The notes under the pieces were generated by a model. It was not told the DNA's origin. It searched no databases and was given only the letters and a program-made list of their open reading frames with translations. This document shows positions 1-10,689 of a stretch of 64,000 bases of DNA, piece by piece. The position numbers and the translations under genes were made by a program. The stretch comes from Centroscyllium fabricii (taxonomy: Eukaryota): assembly GCA_051313645.2 (NCBI GenBank), contig JBNRSN020000011.1, forward strand, positions 64,480,001 through 64,544,000. Reading direction: 5' to 3'. The stretch's first letter is position 1; each line of letters opens with the position of its first letter.

Positions 1-867
1 TCGGGGGCCATCGTATGCCTGGTGGGTGCTCTGGATACAGTGGCTGAGTGGCCTGCTGGCCGACCAGGGGCTCTGCGGTGGTGCTTCCTGCGGGCGCCAG
101 GTCCCTGATGGACACGGTGTCCTCCCGCCCGTCCGGGAACTGCATAAATGCGTAATGTGGGTTTGCGTGTAGGAGCTGCACCTTGTCCACCAAGGGGTCG
201 GTCTTGTGGCTCCGGACATGTCTCCTAAGGAAGACCAGCCCCGGTGTCGTCAGCCATGGAGGGAGAGCTGTCCCCGAAGTCGATTTCCTGGGGAAGGAAA
301 AAATCAGATCGTGCGGGGTGGTGTTAGTAGCTGTACATAAGAGAGAGCGTATAGAGTGCAGCGCGTCTGGGAGGACTGCCTGCCAATGGGACACTGGAAG
401 GCCTCTGGACTTCAGAGCCAGGGTGACCGCCTTCCAAATGATCCCATTCTCCCTTTCTACCTGGCTGTTCCCCCGGGGGTTATAACTGGTCGTTTTACTC
501 GTGGCAACCCCTTTCTGGAGCAGAAACTGACGCAGTTCATCGCTCATGAACGATGACCCCCGGTCGCTATGGATGTAGCTGGGGAGACCGAAAACGGCGA
601 ACAGCGTAGTGAAGTGTTTTATCACCGTTGCGCTCGTCATATCTGCGCAGGGGAAGGCGAAGGGGAAGCGGGAGAACTCATCTACTACCGTGAGGAAGTA
701 TGAGTTGCAGTCGGTGGAGGGGAGGGGGCCTTTGAAGTCCACGCTGAGACGTTCAAAGGGGCGGGTGGCCTTGATGAGGTGCGCCGTGTCTGGCCGGAAA
801 AAGTGGGGTTTGCACTCGGCACAGACAGGGCACTCTCGGGTCATAGCCTTGATCTCCGTGATGGAGT
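1..867 (-). pseudogene. pol: Gypsy integrase (HHCC tail and DDE core), open to the window edge
   Basis: Manual translation: CPVCAECK...SVDFKGP...VVDEFSRF...HSDRGSSF...YNPRGNSQVERENG. Absent from the ORF track because it has no stop in the window. Confidence 0.9.
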
Positions 868-2250
868 GGGGAGGCTACGGGATCTGACAAAGTGGGCGAG
901 TCTGGTGACACCTGGGTGGCAAAGGCGGTCGTGGAGGTCCTTCAGCCGGTCTAGCTGGGCACTGGCGCACGTTCCCCTGGACAGTGCATCCGGGGGTTCA
1001 TTGAGTTTGCCTGGTCGGTAAAGAATGTCATACTCGTAAGTCGAGAGTTCGATCCGCCACCGCAGGATCTTATCATTCTTGATTTTACCCCGTTGTTTAT
1101 TATTAAACATAAACGCCACCGACCGTTGGTCGGTGAGCAGGGTAAAACGCTTACCGGCCAGGTAATGACGCCAGTAGCGCACGGCCTCCACGATGGCCTG
1201 GGCCTCCTTTTCCACTGCTGAGTGGCGAGTTTCGGGTCCCTGTAGGGTGCGGGAGAAAAACGCTACGGGCCTGCCTGCCTGATTCAGGGTGGCAGCAAGG
1301 GCAAAGTCCGAAGCGTCACTCTCCACCTGGAAAGGGATGGATTCATCAACAGCGAGCATGGTCGCCTTGATGATGTCTTCCTTTATCCGGGTGAATGCCG
1401 TTTGGGCTTCTACCGAAAGGGGGAAAACGGCAGCCTTGGGGAGTGATCTAGCCTTGTCTGCGAACTGTGGGACCCATTGTGCATAATAGGAGAAAAATCC
1501 TAGGCATCTCCTCAAGGCTTTGGGGTTGTGAGGTAGGGGCAGTTCCTGAAGGGGTCGCATATGCTGTGGGTCGGGGCCGAGGATCCCGTTCTCCACCACG
1601 TATCCGAGGATGGCGAGCCGGTCTGTATTAAAGACACATTTGTCTTTGTTATACGTGAGGTCCAGCTTATCCGCCGTGTTGAGAAATCTGGCCAGATTGG
1701 CATCGTGGTCCTGCTGGTCGTGGCCGCAGATGGTCACGTTGTCCAGGTAGGGGAAGGTGGCTTGCAACTCATTTTGGTCAACCATACGGTCCATCTCCCG
1801 CTGGAACACTGACACTCCGTTGGTCACGCCAAAGGGGACCCGGAGGAAGTGGTAGAGCCGACCGTTCGCCTCGAAGGCGGTGTAGGGGCGGTCGGCTTTC
1901 CGGATCGGGAGCTGATGATACGCCGATTTAAGGTCGATCGTGGAGAACACCTTATACTGGGCGATCTGATTGACCATTTCCGAGATGTGGGGAAGGGGGT
2001 AGGCGTCGAGCCCGGTGTAGCGGTTGATAGTCTGGCTGTAATCGATCACCAGCCGTTGTTTCTCGCCAGACTTCACCACTACAACTTGGGCACACCAGGG
2101 GCTGGTGCTGGCTTCAATTATCCCCTCCTTCAGCATCCGCCCGACCTCCGACCTGATAAACGTGCGATCCCCCACACTGTACCGCCGACTCTTTGTGGCA
2201 ATAGGTTTGCACTTGGGGTCGAGGTTGGCGAACAGCGAGGGGGGGGTCAA
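841..2250 (-). pseudogene. pol: Gypsy reverse transcriptase and RNase H
   Basis: RLVIDYS, DAYPLP, IDLKSAYHQ, VPFGVTNG, YLDNV, ESDASD, EKEAQA, LTDQR, RPGKLNEPPDALSR; ends in a 1-nt frameshift near 868. Confidence 0.95.
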
Positions 2251-3112
2251 TTTTCAGGGTAGAGAGGCCGCAGGCCGGGCTCCGCTTTGGGAAGGGATTG
2301 TCCCGGCTACTGACGGTGAGGGAGGGCAAGGTCCCGCCGAACTCCATTGTCACGCTCTTGAGGTGGCACTGGAAATCCAAACCTAGTAAGGCTGGGGCAC
2401 ACAACTGCTGGAGGGTATAAAATTAAAAATTATGGTACACACACCCCTTGACTGTGAGCGTGACAGAGCAGTAGCCGGTGACGTCCGCAGTGTGGGACTC
2501 TGAAGCTAGGGAGACTTGGTAGTTTGTGGGCAGGACCTGCAGTCCGCAGCGCTGCACTGTATCGGGATGTACAAAGCTCTCAGTGCTTCCAGTGTCAAAC
2601 AGACAGTTAACAGTATAGCCGTTTATCTTAATGGGCATAATGGAGTTAGACAGGGTATGTGGCCTGTCCTGGTTCACTCTGGGTCTGGCTGAAGCAGCCG
2701 TGTGCTTCCGCGTGTGTGGGCCCCCTGCTGGTCGGGGCTGTACACAAAATGGCGGCGCCCCTGGTTTGCACATGGTGGGGCCCTGGATACAAAATGGCGG
2801 CGCCCCTGGCTCACACATGGTGGGGCCCTGGATACAAAATGGCGGCGCCGAGGGGTCGCACATGGTGGGCCGCTGTGAGCGCGCTGGCGGCGCCCGTGAT
2901 TCGCACGCAACGGACCGCGGTGACTGGGTTGGCGGTGCCCGTGATTCGCACGCAGCGAGCCGCGGTGGTCGGGTTAGCGGTGCCCGTGATTCGCACGCAG
3001 CCGGCCGCGTTGGGGGGGTCGCGCTTGGCCGGCCTTTGCCGCATCGGGGTGGGAGATGGGGGCGCTTGTCTTCTACCCCTGGACCGTCGCTGGGTCGCGC
3101 TGCTATTGCAGC
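2240..3112 (-). pseudogene. Gypsy aspartic protease region, disrupted
   Basis: VNCLFDTGSTESF and LLGLDF motifs; in-frame TAA at 2423-2425; frameshift in the G9 run at 2239-2247. Confidence 0.85.
2741..3009. repeat. Two adjacent 45-bp x ~3 tandem arrays at the gag-protease junction
   Basis: Units ATACAAAATGGCGGCGCCCCTGG...CACATGGTGGGGCCCTGG and GGCGGTGCCCGTGATTCGCACGCAGC...; 15-aa repeats in translation. Confidence 0.9.
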
Positions 3113-3938
3113 TTACCTGGTGTCTGTCGGTGCTCTCACAGGCTGCACTGTTGTACCTTGAGCTAGGCGCTGCTGGAGTTGATCTGCAGGCCTTAGCATA
3201 ATGTCCTTTCTTGGCGCACCTCTCGCAGGTCGCTGTCCTGGCTGGGCATCTCGCTCTTGGGTGCAGTCCCTGGTTGCAGAAGTAACAGCGCTTATCTTTG
3301 GTGGCTGTCGCAGCCATCGTGGGGGTCTCGACCCGTTGTGGTGCTGCCCAGACCTGGGCCCGTTGTGGCGCAGCCCATATGCCGTAGGCATGCGGGTTAG
3401 TGCCGCTGTACGCCTGCAATTTGTTTCGAGCCCCCTCTACTGAATTAGATATTGTAATCGCATCCTCGAGGGACAAAGTGTCTTTCTCCAGCAGCCGCTG
3501 GCGGGCTTCCACACACCTTAGTCCAGTTACATATGCATCGCGAACGAGGAGGTTCGCCTCCTCTTCAGCCGTTCTTGCTTGGCAGCCACAGACCCGTACC
3601 AGGGCCTGGAGCGCTTGCTCGAACTGCTCGTTAGTCTCACCCGGCAGCTGCGATCTGGTTGCAAGCACATGTCTGGCGTAGGCCGAATGGACCGGGCGCT
3701 CGTAGCATTTCCTTAGCTTCTCCACAGCCGCTGGGTAGGTTGAGGCATTTCTGATGAGGGAGAATACCCTGCTGGAGATCCTCGACCGGAGGACCTGTAA
3801 CTTGTTCCCGTCTGTTGTAGCCTTGGCGGCGTCCATGTAGGCCTCCAGGAGGCCGAACCAGTGTTCGAACGTGGTGGCGGTGGCAGGGTCCTGGGGACTG
3901 ATGTCCAGCTTCTCTGGTTTAACTGCACCGCTCTCCAT
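2811..3938 (-). CDS. gag: Gypsy gag ORF (capsid plus two zinc knuckles)
   Basis: 375 aa ORF MESGAVKPEKLD...; CYFCNQGLHPRARC and CERCAKKGHYAKAC knuckles; ATG only 24 nt after the LTR. Confidence 0.9.
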   Translation of the reverse strand: MESGAVKPEKLDISPQDPATATTFEHWFGLLEAYMDAAKATTDGNKLQVLRSRISSRVFSLIRNASTYPAAVEKLRKCYERPVHSAYARHVLATRSQLPGETNEQFEQALQALVRVCGCQARTAEEEANLLVRDAYVTGLRCVEARQRLLEKDTLSLEDAITISNSVEGARNKLQAYSGTNPHAYGIWAAPQRAQVWAAPQRVETPTMAATATKDKRCYFCNQGLHPRARCPARTATCERCAKKGHYAKACRSTPAAPSSRYNSAACESTDRHQVSCNSSATQRRSRGRRQAPPSPTPMRQRPAKRDPPNAAGCVRITGTANPTTAARCVRITGTANPVTAVRCVRITGAASALTAAHHVRPLGAAILYPGPHHV

Positions 3939-3962
3939 TTTAAAACTTTTAGCGATTAAAAT

Positions 3963-4252
3963 TGACGTATCGTCAATACCTCTGATTAAAAGAGACGACG
4001 AGTAGTTACCGTAACTAAAGGCTTTTAATCGCTAAGCTTGGAGCTACCCTCCGAACGAACATCTGCACAGGAATGAGGAGCCTCGGTCAGTCTCCACCTA
4101 TAAGGGGCCTCACCTGGGGGAGGAGTTAGAGGTGTGGCTGACCTGGCTCCCAACAGTATTACACAGGTTACAGGGCTGTGCCTTACATAAGCACAGCCCA
4201 TTATTGGCACAATAATACCGTGGTAAATTCAGTATATAACATGGTTACCACA
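3963..4252 (-). repeat. 5' LTR of Gypsy family A (290 bp)
   Basis: Minus strand starts TGTGGTAACC and ends ...CGTCA; contains TATA-like TTATAG (~4098-4103) and ATTAAA (~4024-4029); end sequences parallel those of the family B LTRs. The partner LTR is outside the window. Confidence 0.85.
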
Positions 4253-5470
4253 ATCACTAAAACAGATTAGTTGATCATAAGAACATAAGAAATAGGAGCA
4301 GGAGTAGGCCAATCGGCCCCTCGAGCCTGCTCCGCCATTCAACGAGATCATGGCTGATCTGATCCCAACCTCAATTTTATTTTAACTCTCCACCCCACCC
4401 AAACACATGTGATCACCCGGGAGAGGCGAAAAACCAGATAAAAAACCCAGTAGCCAATTTGGGAGAAAAAATCTGGGAAATTCCTCTCCGACCTATCTAA
4501 GCGATCGAAAACTAGTCCAGGAGATCACATGGCCGATCTGAACTTATCCTCACGTCCACTTGCCTGCCCGCTCACCATAACCCCTAATTCCCTTTTCTTC
4601 CAGGAAACTGTCTATCTCTGTTTTAAATTTATTCAAAGTAGTAGCTTCCACAGCTCTCTGGGGCAGCAAATTCCACAGCCCCACCACCCTCTGGCTGAAG
4701 AAATTCCTCCTCATCTCCGTCCTAAATGAGTCACCCCTTATCCTTAGACTATGACCCCTGGTTCTGGACTCTCCTACCATCGGGAACATTCTTCCTGCAT
4801 CAAGTCTGTCCAGACCAGTTAGAATTTTATACGTTTCGATGAGATCCCCTCTCAATCTTCTAAACTCCAGAGAGTACAAACCCAGTCTACCCAGTCTCTC
4901 CCCATACGTCAATCCTGCCATCCCAGGTATCAGCCTGGTGAATCTCCTCTGCACTCCCTCCATGGCAAGAACGTCCTTCCTTAGATAAGGAGACCAAAAC
5001 TGCACACAGTACTCAAGGCTTGGTCTCACCAAGGCCCTGTACAACTGCAGCAAGACCTCCCTATTCCTGTACTCAAAACCTCTCGCTATGAAGGCCAACA
5101 TACCATTTGCCTTCTTAACCGCCTGCTGCACCTGCATGCTCACCTTTAGCGACCGGTGCACCAGGACACCCAGGTCTCGTTGTACTTCCCTTTCTCCTAA
5201 TCTATTGCCATTCAGATAATAGTCGGCATTTCTATTTTTTCCCCAAAGTGGATAACCTCGCATTTATCCACATTATACTGCATCTGCCATGTATCAGCCC
5301 ACTCGCCCAATCATTATTACATTGCTGTTTGTAGGATCTTGCTATGTGCAAATTGGCTACTGTGTTACAACAGTGACTACACTTCAAAAGTACCCTTCAT
5401 TGGCTGTAAAATGCTTTGGGTGGTGTCCTGAGTTCATGAAGTTGCTATGTAAATAAGTTTTTTCTTTCTT
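4253..5470 (+). mobile_element. DeuSINE-like (SacSINE1/AmnSINE-type) 3' relic split by the CR1 insertion
   Basis: ATCACTAAAACAGATT at 4253 continues after the CR1 as CATTATTACATTGCTGTTTG...CAACAGTGACTACACTTCAAAAGTAC...; the same tail recurs at 19630-19730 (-) and 22536-22635 (+). Confidence 0.65.
4276..5310 (-). mobile_element. CR1-clade LINE, 5'-truncated (ORF2 C-terminus 4550-5263 plus 3' UTR and tail)
   Basis: RDLGV...LYRALVRPSLEYCVQFWSP...RRLRGDLIETYKI...RRNFFSQRVV; (CATAAGAA)n tail; ATCAT at both ends (4274-4278, 5310-5314) as probable TSD. Confidence 0.95.
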
Positions 5471-5550
5471 ACTGAAAGTGTCGTCTCTTCTGATTTTCTA
5501 TCTCTAATTAGCATCTTCTAAGGTATTTGATCAAGGAAGGCATCGCAATA

Positions 5551-6297
5551 CAGGTTGAAGTTCGTTAATCCGGCACCCGAAAAACCGGCAGCTTCAATCG
5601 TTCGGCACAGATTTTCCTGACTACCTGGCGCATGCGCAGACAATTCAAAATGGCCACCATCGGGGCTGGGCTTCCCTTTCACCTAACATATACTCACTGG
5701 ATCCCGGCTTAGTGACCACCCCGATGCCAATGGTGAATCCCAGGCCCAGAAAATGAGCTGTTGCCGCCTTTCGCAGGATGTGGTACAGCCAAAACCCGGC
5801 ACCCGGCTCCCCATCGCTACCGGAGGCTGCTGCGTGCGTGACATCACTGTGTTCCGAAACTGGCGTGCGGTGGCGTCACGTGAGCCGGGCTTGAGCCGCG
5901 CATTGGGCCTCAGGCCTGCTGGAGCCGTGCAGGCCGCACCCTGATCCGCAGCAGAATCGATGGCTGCGTGATGACGTCACCGCGTTCCGAAGCTGGCGTG
6001 TGGTGGCGTCACGTGAGCCGGGCTTGAGCCGCGCATTGGGCCTCAGGCCCGCTGGAGCCGTGCAGCCCACTCCCTGATCCACCATGGGCAGCAGAATCGA
6101 GTACGTCCTGTGAGTTCCACCCGACCCTAGGGCCGAAAATTACCTTCCAGGTTTTGGCGGCGCATGCGCAGAGCATTAAAAATTTTGCTGTGGCCATTTT
6201 GAATGCTCTGCGCATGCGCCGCCAAAGCTTCAATCATGCGCCGTTTTCAATAATTCGGCGGGGTCCCGACCCTGCCGGATTAACGAACTTCAGCCTG
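5551..6297. mobile_element. Non-autonomous Tc1/mariner (Tigger/pogo-like) MITE
   Basis: ~25-bp TIRs CAGG(T/C)TGAAGTTCGTTAATCCGGCA flanked by TA on both sides; internal ~120-bp tandem duplication (about 5830-6070). Confidence 0.9.
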
Positions 6298-6933
6298 TAC
6301 TGTACTGCCATCAGCAGTGGGAAATCTGCGTGATTTTCTTTCAGGGCCACTGAAGCCATTTGGAGGGGGCCAAAACTGTAATCTTCAATATCAAACCTGG
6401 TGATACACAGCAAGGGAAAGCCAGAGAAGCAATTGGCCAAGGTTGCTCTCTCACAGATATTGGAGCCTCAGGTTTCAAAGCAGACCTGGAACAGAGGCTT
6501 CTAGTTCCTTCAACTGCTCTGTGCTCACCTTTGTGGCTGAAAATTCTCATGGTCATCCTGCTCCAGCGAGCATTCCGCTCCTGAAGATCTTATCATTGAA
6601 TTTCCAGCATTTGGCACAATTCATCTGAGGGTCAGCCGAGAGGAACCTGCCAGCCTATCTGATTGTGCATTCGCTTTCAATAGCTAAGAGATGCTGGAAC
6701 TTTTACTGCATTCCAAAATATTTTGGCCTTAACCTCCACCGGATGGATTCTGCTGCCTCTGGAGCTGCCTATTACGAAGTTTCATTCTAATTACTGGATT
6801 ATAATAATTGGTGGGGAGCAGGTTGTTTTACAATCAGATGAAAAATACTTAATTTCAACAGTTTCTATTCTGTTTCTCACAAGATGGAGAGCAATATTCC
6901 TGAGTAAAGCCTCAATCTTTGTTTCAGAGAGGT

Positions 6934-7512
6934 GGGCAGCATGGTGGCATAGTGGTTAGCACTGTTGCCTTACAGCACTAGAGACCCGGGTTCAAATCCA
7001 GCCTCGGGTACTATCTGTGTGGAGTTTGCACATTCACCCCGTGTCTGCGTGGGTTTCCTCCGGGTGCTCCGGTTTCCTCCCACAGTCCAAAGATGTACGG
7101 GTTAGGTTGATTGGCCAGGATCAATTGACCCTTAGTGTTAGGGGGATTGAATATGTGGGGTTACGGGGATAGGGTGGGATATAGAAACATAGAAACTAGG
7201 AGCAGGAGTAGGCCATTCGGCCCTTCGAGCCTGCTCCACCATTCAATGAGATCATGGCTGATCATCCAAACCCAGCACCCCGGCCCTGCCCTCTCCCCAT
7301 ATCCCTCGATCCCTATCGAGCCTGCATCGACACATATCCCACCCTATCCCCGTAACCCCACATATGTGTCGGTGCAAGCTCGATAGGGATATGGGGAGAG
7401 GGCAGGGATAGGGTACTGGGTTTGGATGATCAGCCATGATCTCACTGAATGGCGGAGCAGCCTCGAATGGTCTACTCCTGCTCCTATCTTCTATGTTTCT
7501 ATGTTTCTATGT
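6934..7512 (+). mobile_element. HE1/V-SINE-type tRNA-derived SINE with an inverted partial copy nested inside it
   Basis: A box TGGCATAGTGG, B box GGTTCAAATCC, V-domain GTCTGCGTGGGTTTCCTCCGGGTGCTCCGGTTTCCTCCCAC, CR1-derived tail (TTCTATGT)n; inverted segment about 7183-7365. Confidence 0.9.
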
Positions 7513-8057
7513 CATAGCTACACGAGGGAGCAATGAACACTCTTGTTTGTACATGTGTTCCTTTGAATGCAGAGCTAAAGAGACAGTGAATGGAACATGT
7601 TTGAGATAATCTGACCAATCTTTGTAACTAAACTGCACACCTGGGGATGCTAGAAACTAGATAGAACTTTGCCAGAAACAGAGGTTGTACAACCCAGTAA
7701 AAGTCCTTCCCAGTGATACAGTCCAACCTTCAGACAGTGTATAGATTGGCCAGATCATTATCTCGGATAGGTTCCACTCACAAGCTCCTTTGCTCCACAC
7801 TCTACAAACAGTGGGACTTTCATTACTCCCTCGTGTATGATATAATCCTCTTTTTAAGATCTTTTTCACAAACCCTACAAACACATTTAAAGACAATTTC
7901 TGTGAGAAATTAATTTGGAATTAAGCTAAATTATATACATTTGCAAACACCTGGTGGAAACTGAGCCGACGATTTCTGAAAATGAAAACATAGGGTAGCA
8001 GTAACTTGGGCAATCAGTAGGGCTTGATGTAACCATTAAATAACTGAAGTTAAGGTT

Positions 8058-8190
8058 AACATAGAAGATAGGAGTAGGCCATTTGGCCCCTCGAGCCCAC
8101 TCCACTATTTAATGAGATCATGGTTGATCATCCAAACTCAGTACCCTGTCCCTGCTTTCTCCCCATATCCCTTGATCCCTTCAGCCTTAA
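8058..8190 (-). mobile_element. CR1/SINE 3' tail fragment
   Basis: GGAGTAGGCCATTTGGCCCCTCGAGCC...GAGATCATGG matches the tails at 4276 and 20273. Confidence 0.8.
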
Positions 8191-8269
8191 GGTTTAAGTT
8201 TTTTGTTATTTCTATTCCACCCAAATATCATCTCTCCCAACTGAGCTCATAAAAACTCCCTCCCCCCCC

Positions 8270-8670
8270 TTCCATTCAAATCCTTCCATGGCCACGCCCC
8301 TCCCTATCTCTGTAATCTCTTCCAGCTCCACTACTCTCCCCCCACCCCCCCCCCACCTCCCTGTGATATTTCTGTTCCTCTAATTCTGCCCTCTTGAGCA
8401 TCCCTGATTATAATCGCTAAACCATTGGTGGCTGTGCCTTCTGTTACCTCGGCCCTAAGCTCTGGAATTCTCTGCCTAAACCGCTCTGCCTCTCTTTTCT
8501 CCTTTAAGACGCTCCTGAAAACCTACGTCTTTGACCAAGCTTTTGGTCACCTGCCTTAATTTCTCCTTATGTGGCTCAGTGTCAATTTTTTTGTCTTTTA
8601 ATACTCCGGTGATGCGCCTTGGGACGTTTTACTATGTTAAAGGCACTATATAAATATAAGTTGTTGTTGT
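8270..8670 (+). mobile_element. L2 LINE 3' end
   Basis: TCCTTCCATGGCCACGCCCCTCCCTATCTC...CTCTGGAATTCTCTGCCT...AAACCTACGTCTTTGACCAAGCTTTTGG and tail AAAGGCACTATATAAAT...(GTT)n; resembles 53230-53595. Confidence 0.8.
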
Positions 8671-10689
8671 AGTTAGACTTGCCCTTGCATGTTTAATCGC
8701 GATGATTTTTTGAGTTGCAATTTGCTGGAACTGCAAGATGGAAACAGCATGATGCAGGTAACAGGACATCGGAATGACATCTGGAGTTGACTGTAAAGGT
8801 CTAAACATGTTTGATGAATTGGTGCATTTTTTGGTTTGCTGTTCTTAAAATGCTTTTGTGCTCACCAAGATGAGAGATGTTATTGCTGGGGAATGAAAAT
8901 GTCCCCAGTTCAGGTATCTAGTGTCAGCATCAAGCACTCTCCTATCAGGCACAGCCAGGTGCAGAGTAAAGCTCCCTCTATGTATCAACATCATGCTTCA
9001 GCTGCAACTACAGAAAATCACTCCATACTGCACCAACGTGACATGTTTTCCATTTCCAACACTAGCCAAACTGCTCCTAATTTTGCATAAATTTCTGGGT
9101 GAGATTGCTATTTAATGTCAAATTAGGAGCACTTTTGTACTGTCAGTCCATGCCTGCTAAGAAATAAAATTGAGACTGTCCAAATTAATTTCACATAGAA
9201 GGATCCATATAGGCAGATAACTTAGAGAGGAGACTTTAATTCATTCAGTCTGGTCTGGATTTCATCCCAGTTCCAGAGGTGAAAGGCCAGTATCTAACCA
9301 ACTTTACCATCAAGTTCCCTATTCATGCAATTCTAAGTGAGCCTATTGCTTGGGTGGGCTAAGCACGCAGAGGGCGAAGTCTCAGTTGCACAATGGACAT
9401 GTTGGTGACTAACGAAGTTCCTGCACCAATCATTGAATGGCAGAGCAGGCTCGAAGGGCCGAATGGCCTACTCCTGCTCCTATCTTCTATGTTTCTATGT
9501 TAATATCAAAGAATTGAAGAACTGACAAATTAAGAGTTTCCCCTTTTCTATCAATGGCTCAGTGGGTAAATGCACTGAGCAGTTTGTTACTAAGCAATAT
9601 AGATCAGGAAGATCCCAGGTTTGATCCCTCATCTGTGTTAGCTGATTGTAGCCGGAGCGGTAGCAGAGGAGCTATAATTGGCCTTAGTGCCCTTGGGCTA
9701 AGAAGCAAAAGACTAGTCAGTGCTCTGATGGCTATCCAGTGACTCCTGTTGGAAAGTGCTCGTACTTGGATGGCCGATGAGGATGGGATTGGCACCATTG
9801 CATCATACCTACTTCTGTCTGGACTGCGATCAGCTAACTCAGCACAAGCTGGGGACTGAACCTGGGACTTTCTTGTTCTGTACAGTCCAGGACCATGCGG
9901 CACATTTGCTCACTGTGCCTTTGTAGGGCCTCAAATAATGAATATTTTTCATTTCTTCCAATTTCTGCTGTCAAAACATTGTTTGTTCCAGTTTGTGAGG
10001 TATTTCATTACTATGAAATTGCACCTTCCCTACCTCAGACATGGCCTCCTAGGAGGTACTTTATCAAATGTCTTTTGAAAGTCAAACAAAATGTTGCTTT
10101 TTTGGTGTGTCCCCAAATGCTAAATTACATTCTCCAGGGGAAAAAAAGCCTAGTTAACTTGTACTACATGACCTCTCATTTGTAAATCAATGCTAGGTTT
10201 ATGTCTCATCTTCATTTTCAAAGGCCAACCATGAACTGTGTCCTTTTCAATACTCACAAATAGTTTTACAACCTCGGAGGTCAAGCTCACTGGTCTAGAA
10301 TTCCCAAATCCTCTTATTAATTGGTGCCAGGTTAGCTACTTCTCAGTCATCTGGGGTCTCCTAGGAATTTGTATTTTTTTAAACCCTTGTTATACAATCA
10401 GTGTCAAGTACATTACTATCAATTACCAGCTTTTTCCTTCCAATTTTATGCCTCTTCTGAAAGTGCTGATTCATGCTACAGCACAGTCCACAGGCACAAG
10501 CCACACTCCACTGCATCATCCAAATGACCATTTTTCATGTTTGACTCTAGGCTATTCACCTGTTAATGGCATCACAGCAGAGCCTGATCACGTTCTCACC
10601 TGATGCCCACAAACATGTACATTTCAACAAAAGCTGCTGAATAGTGACCAGGATTATTTTTTTCCCTTACATAGAGGTGCTGAGACCAG

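Larger units (their letters stand above)
1..4252 (-). mobile_element. Ty3/Gypsy LTR retrotransposon, family A (defective; 3' part runs off the window start)
   Basis: 5' LTR 3963-4252 followed on the minus strand by gag (two CCHC knuckles), protease (LFDTGS), RT (YLDN), RNase H (DAS...E...TD) and integrase in Gypsy order PR-RT-RH-IN. Confidence 0.95.

Noticed and set aside
2631-3201. Plus-strand 176-180 aa ORFs in Gypsy A
   Set aside because: Antisense read-through of GC-rich 45-bp repeats.
1-4252. Gypsy A as an active element or endogenous retrovirus
   Set aside because: Premature stop and at least two frameshifts in pol; no env seen in either family; RT motifs are Gypsy-type.
6934-7010. 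tRNA gene (also at 10956, 36402, 40517)
   Set aside because: A and B boxes belong to SINE heads followed by the V-domain; no complete cloverleaf or terminator.
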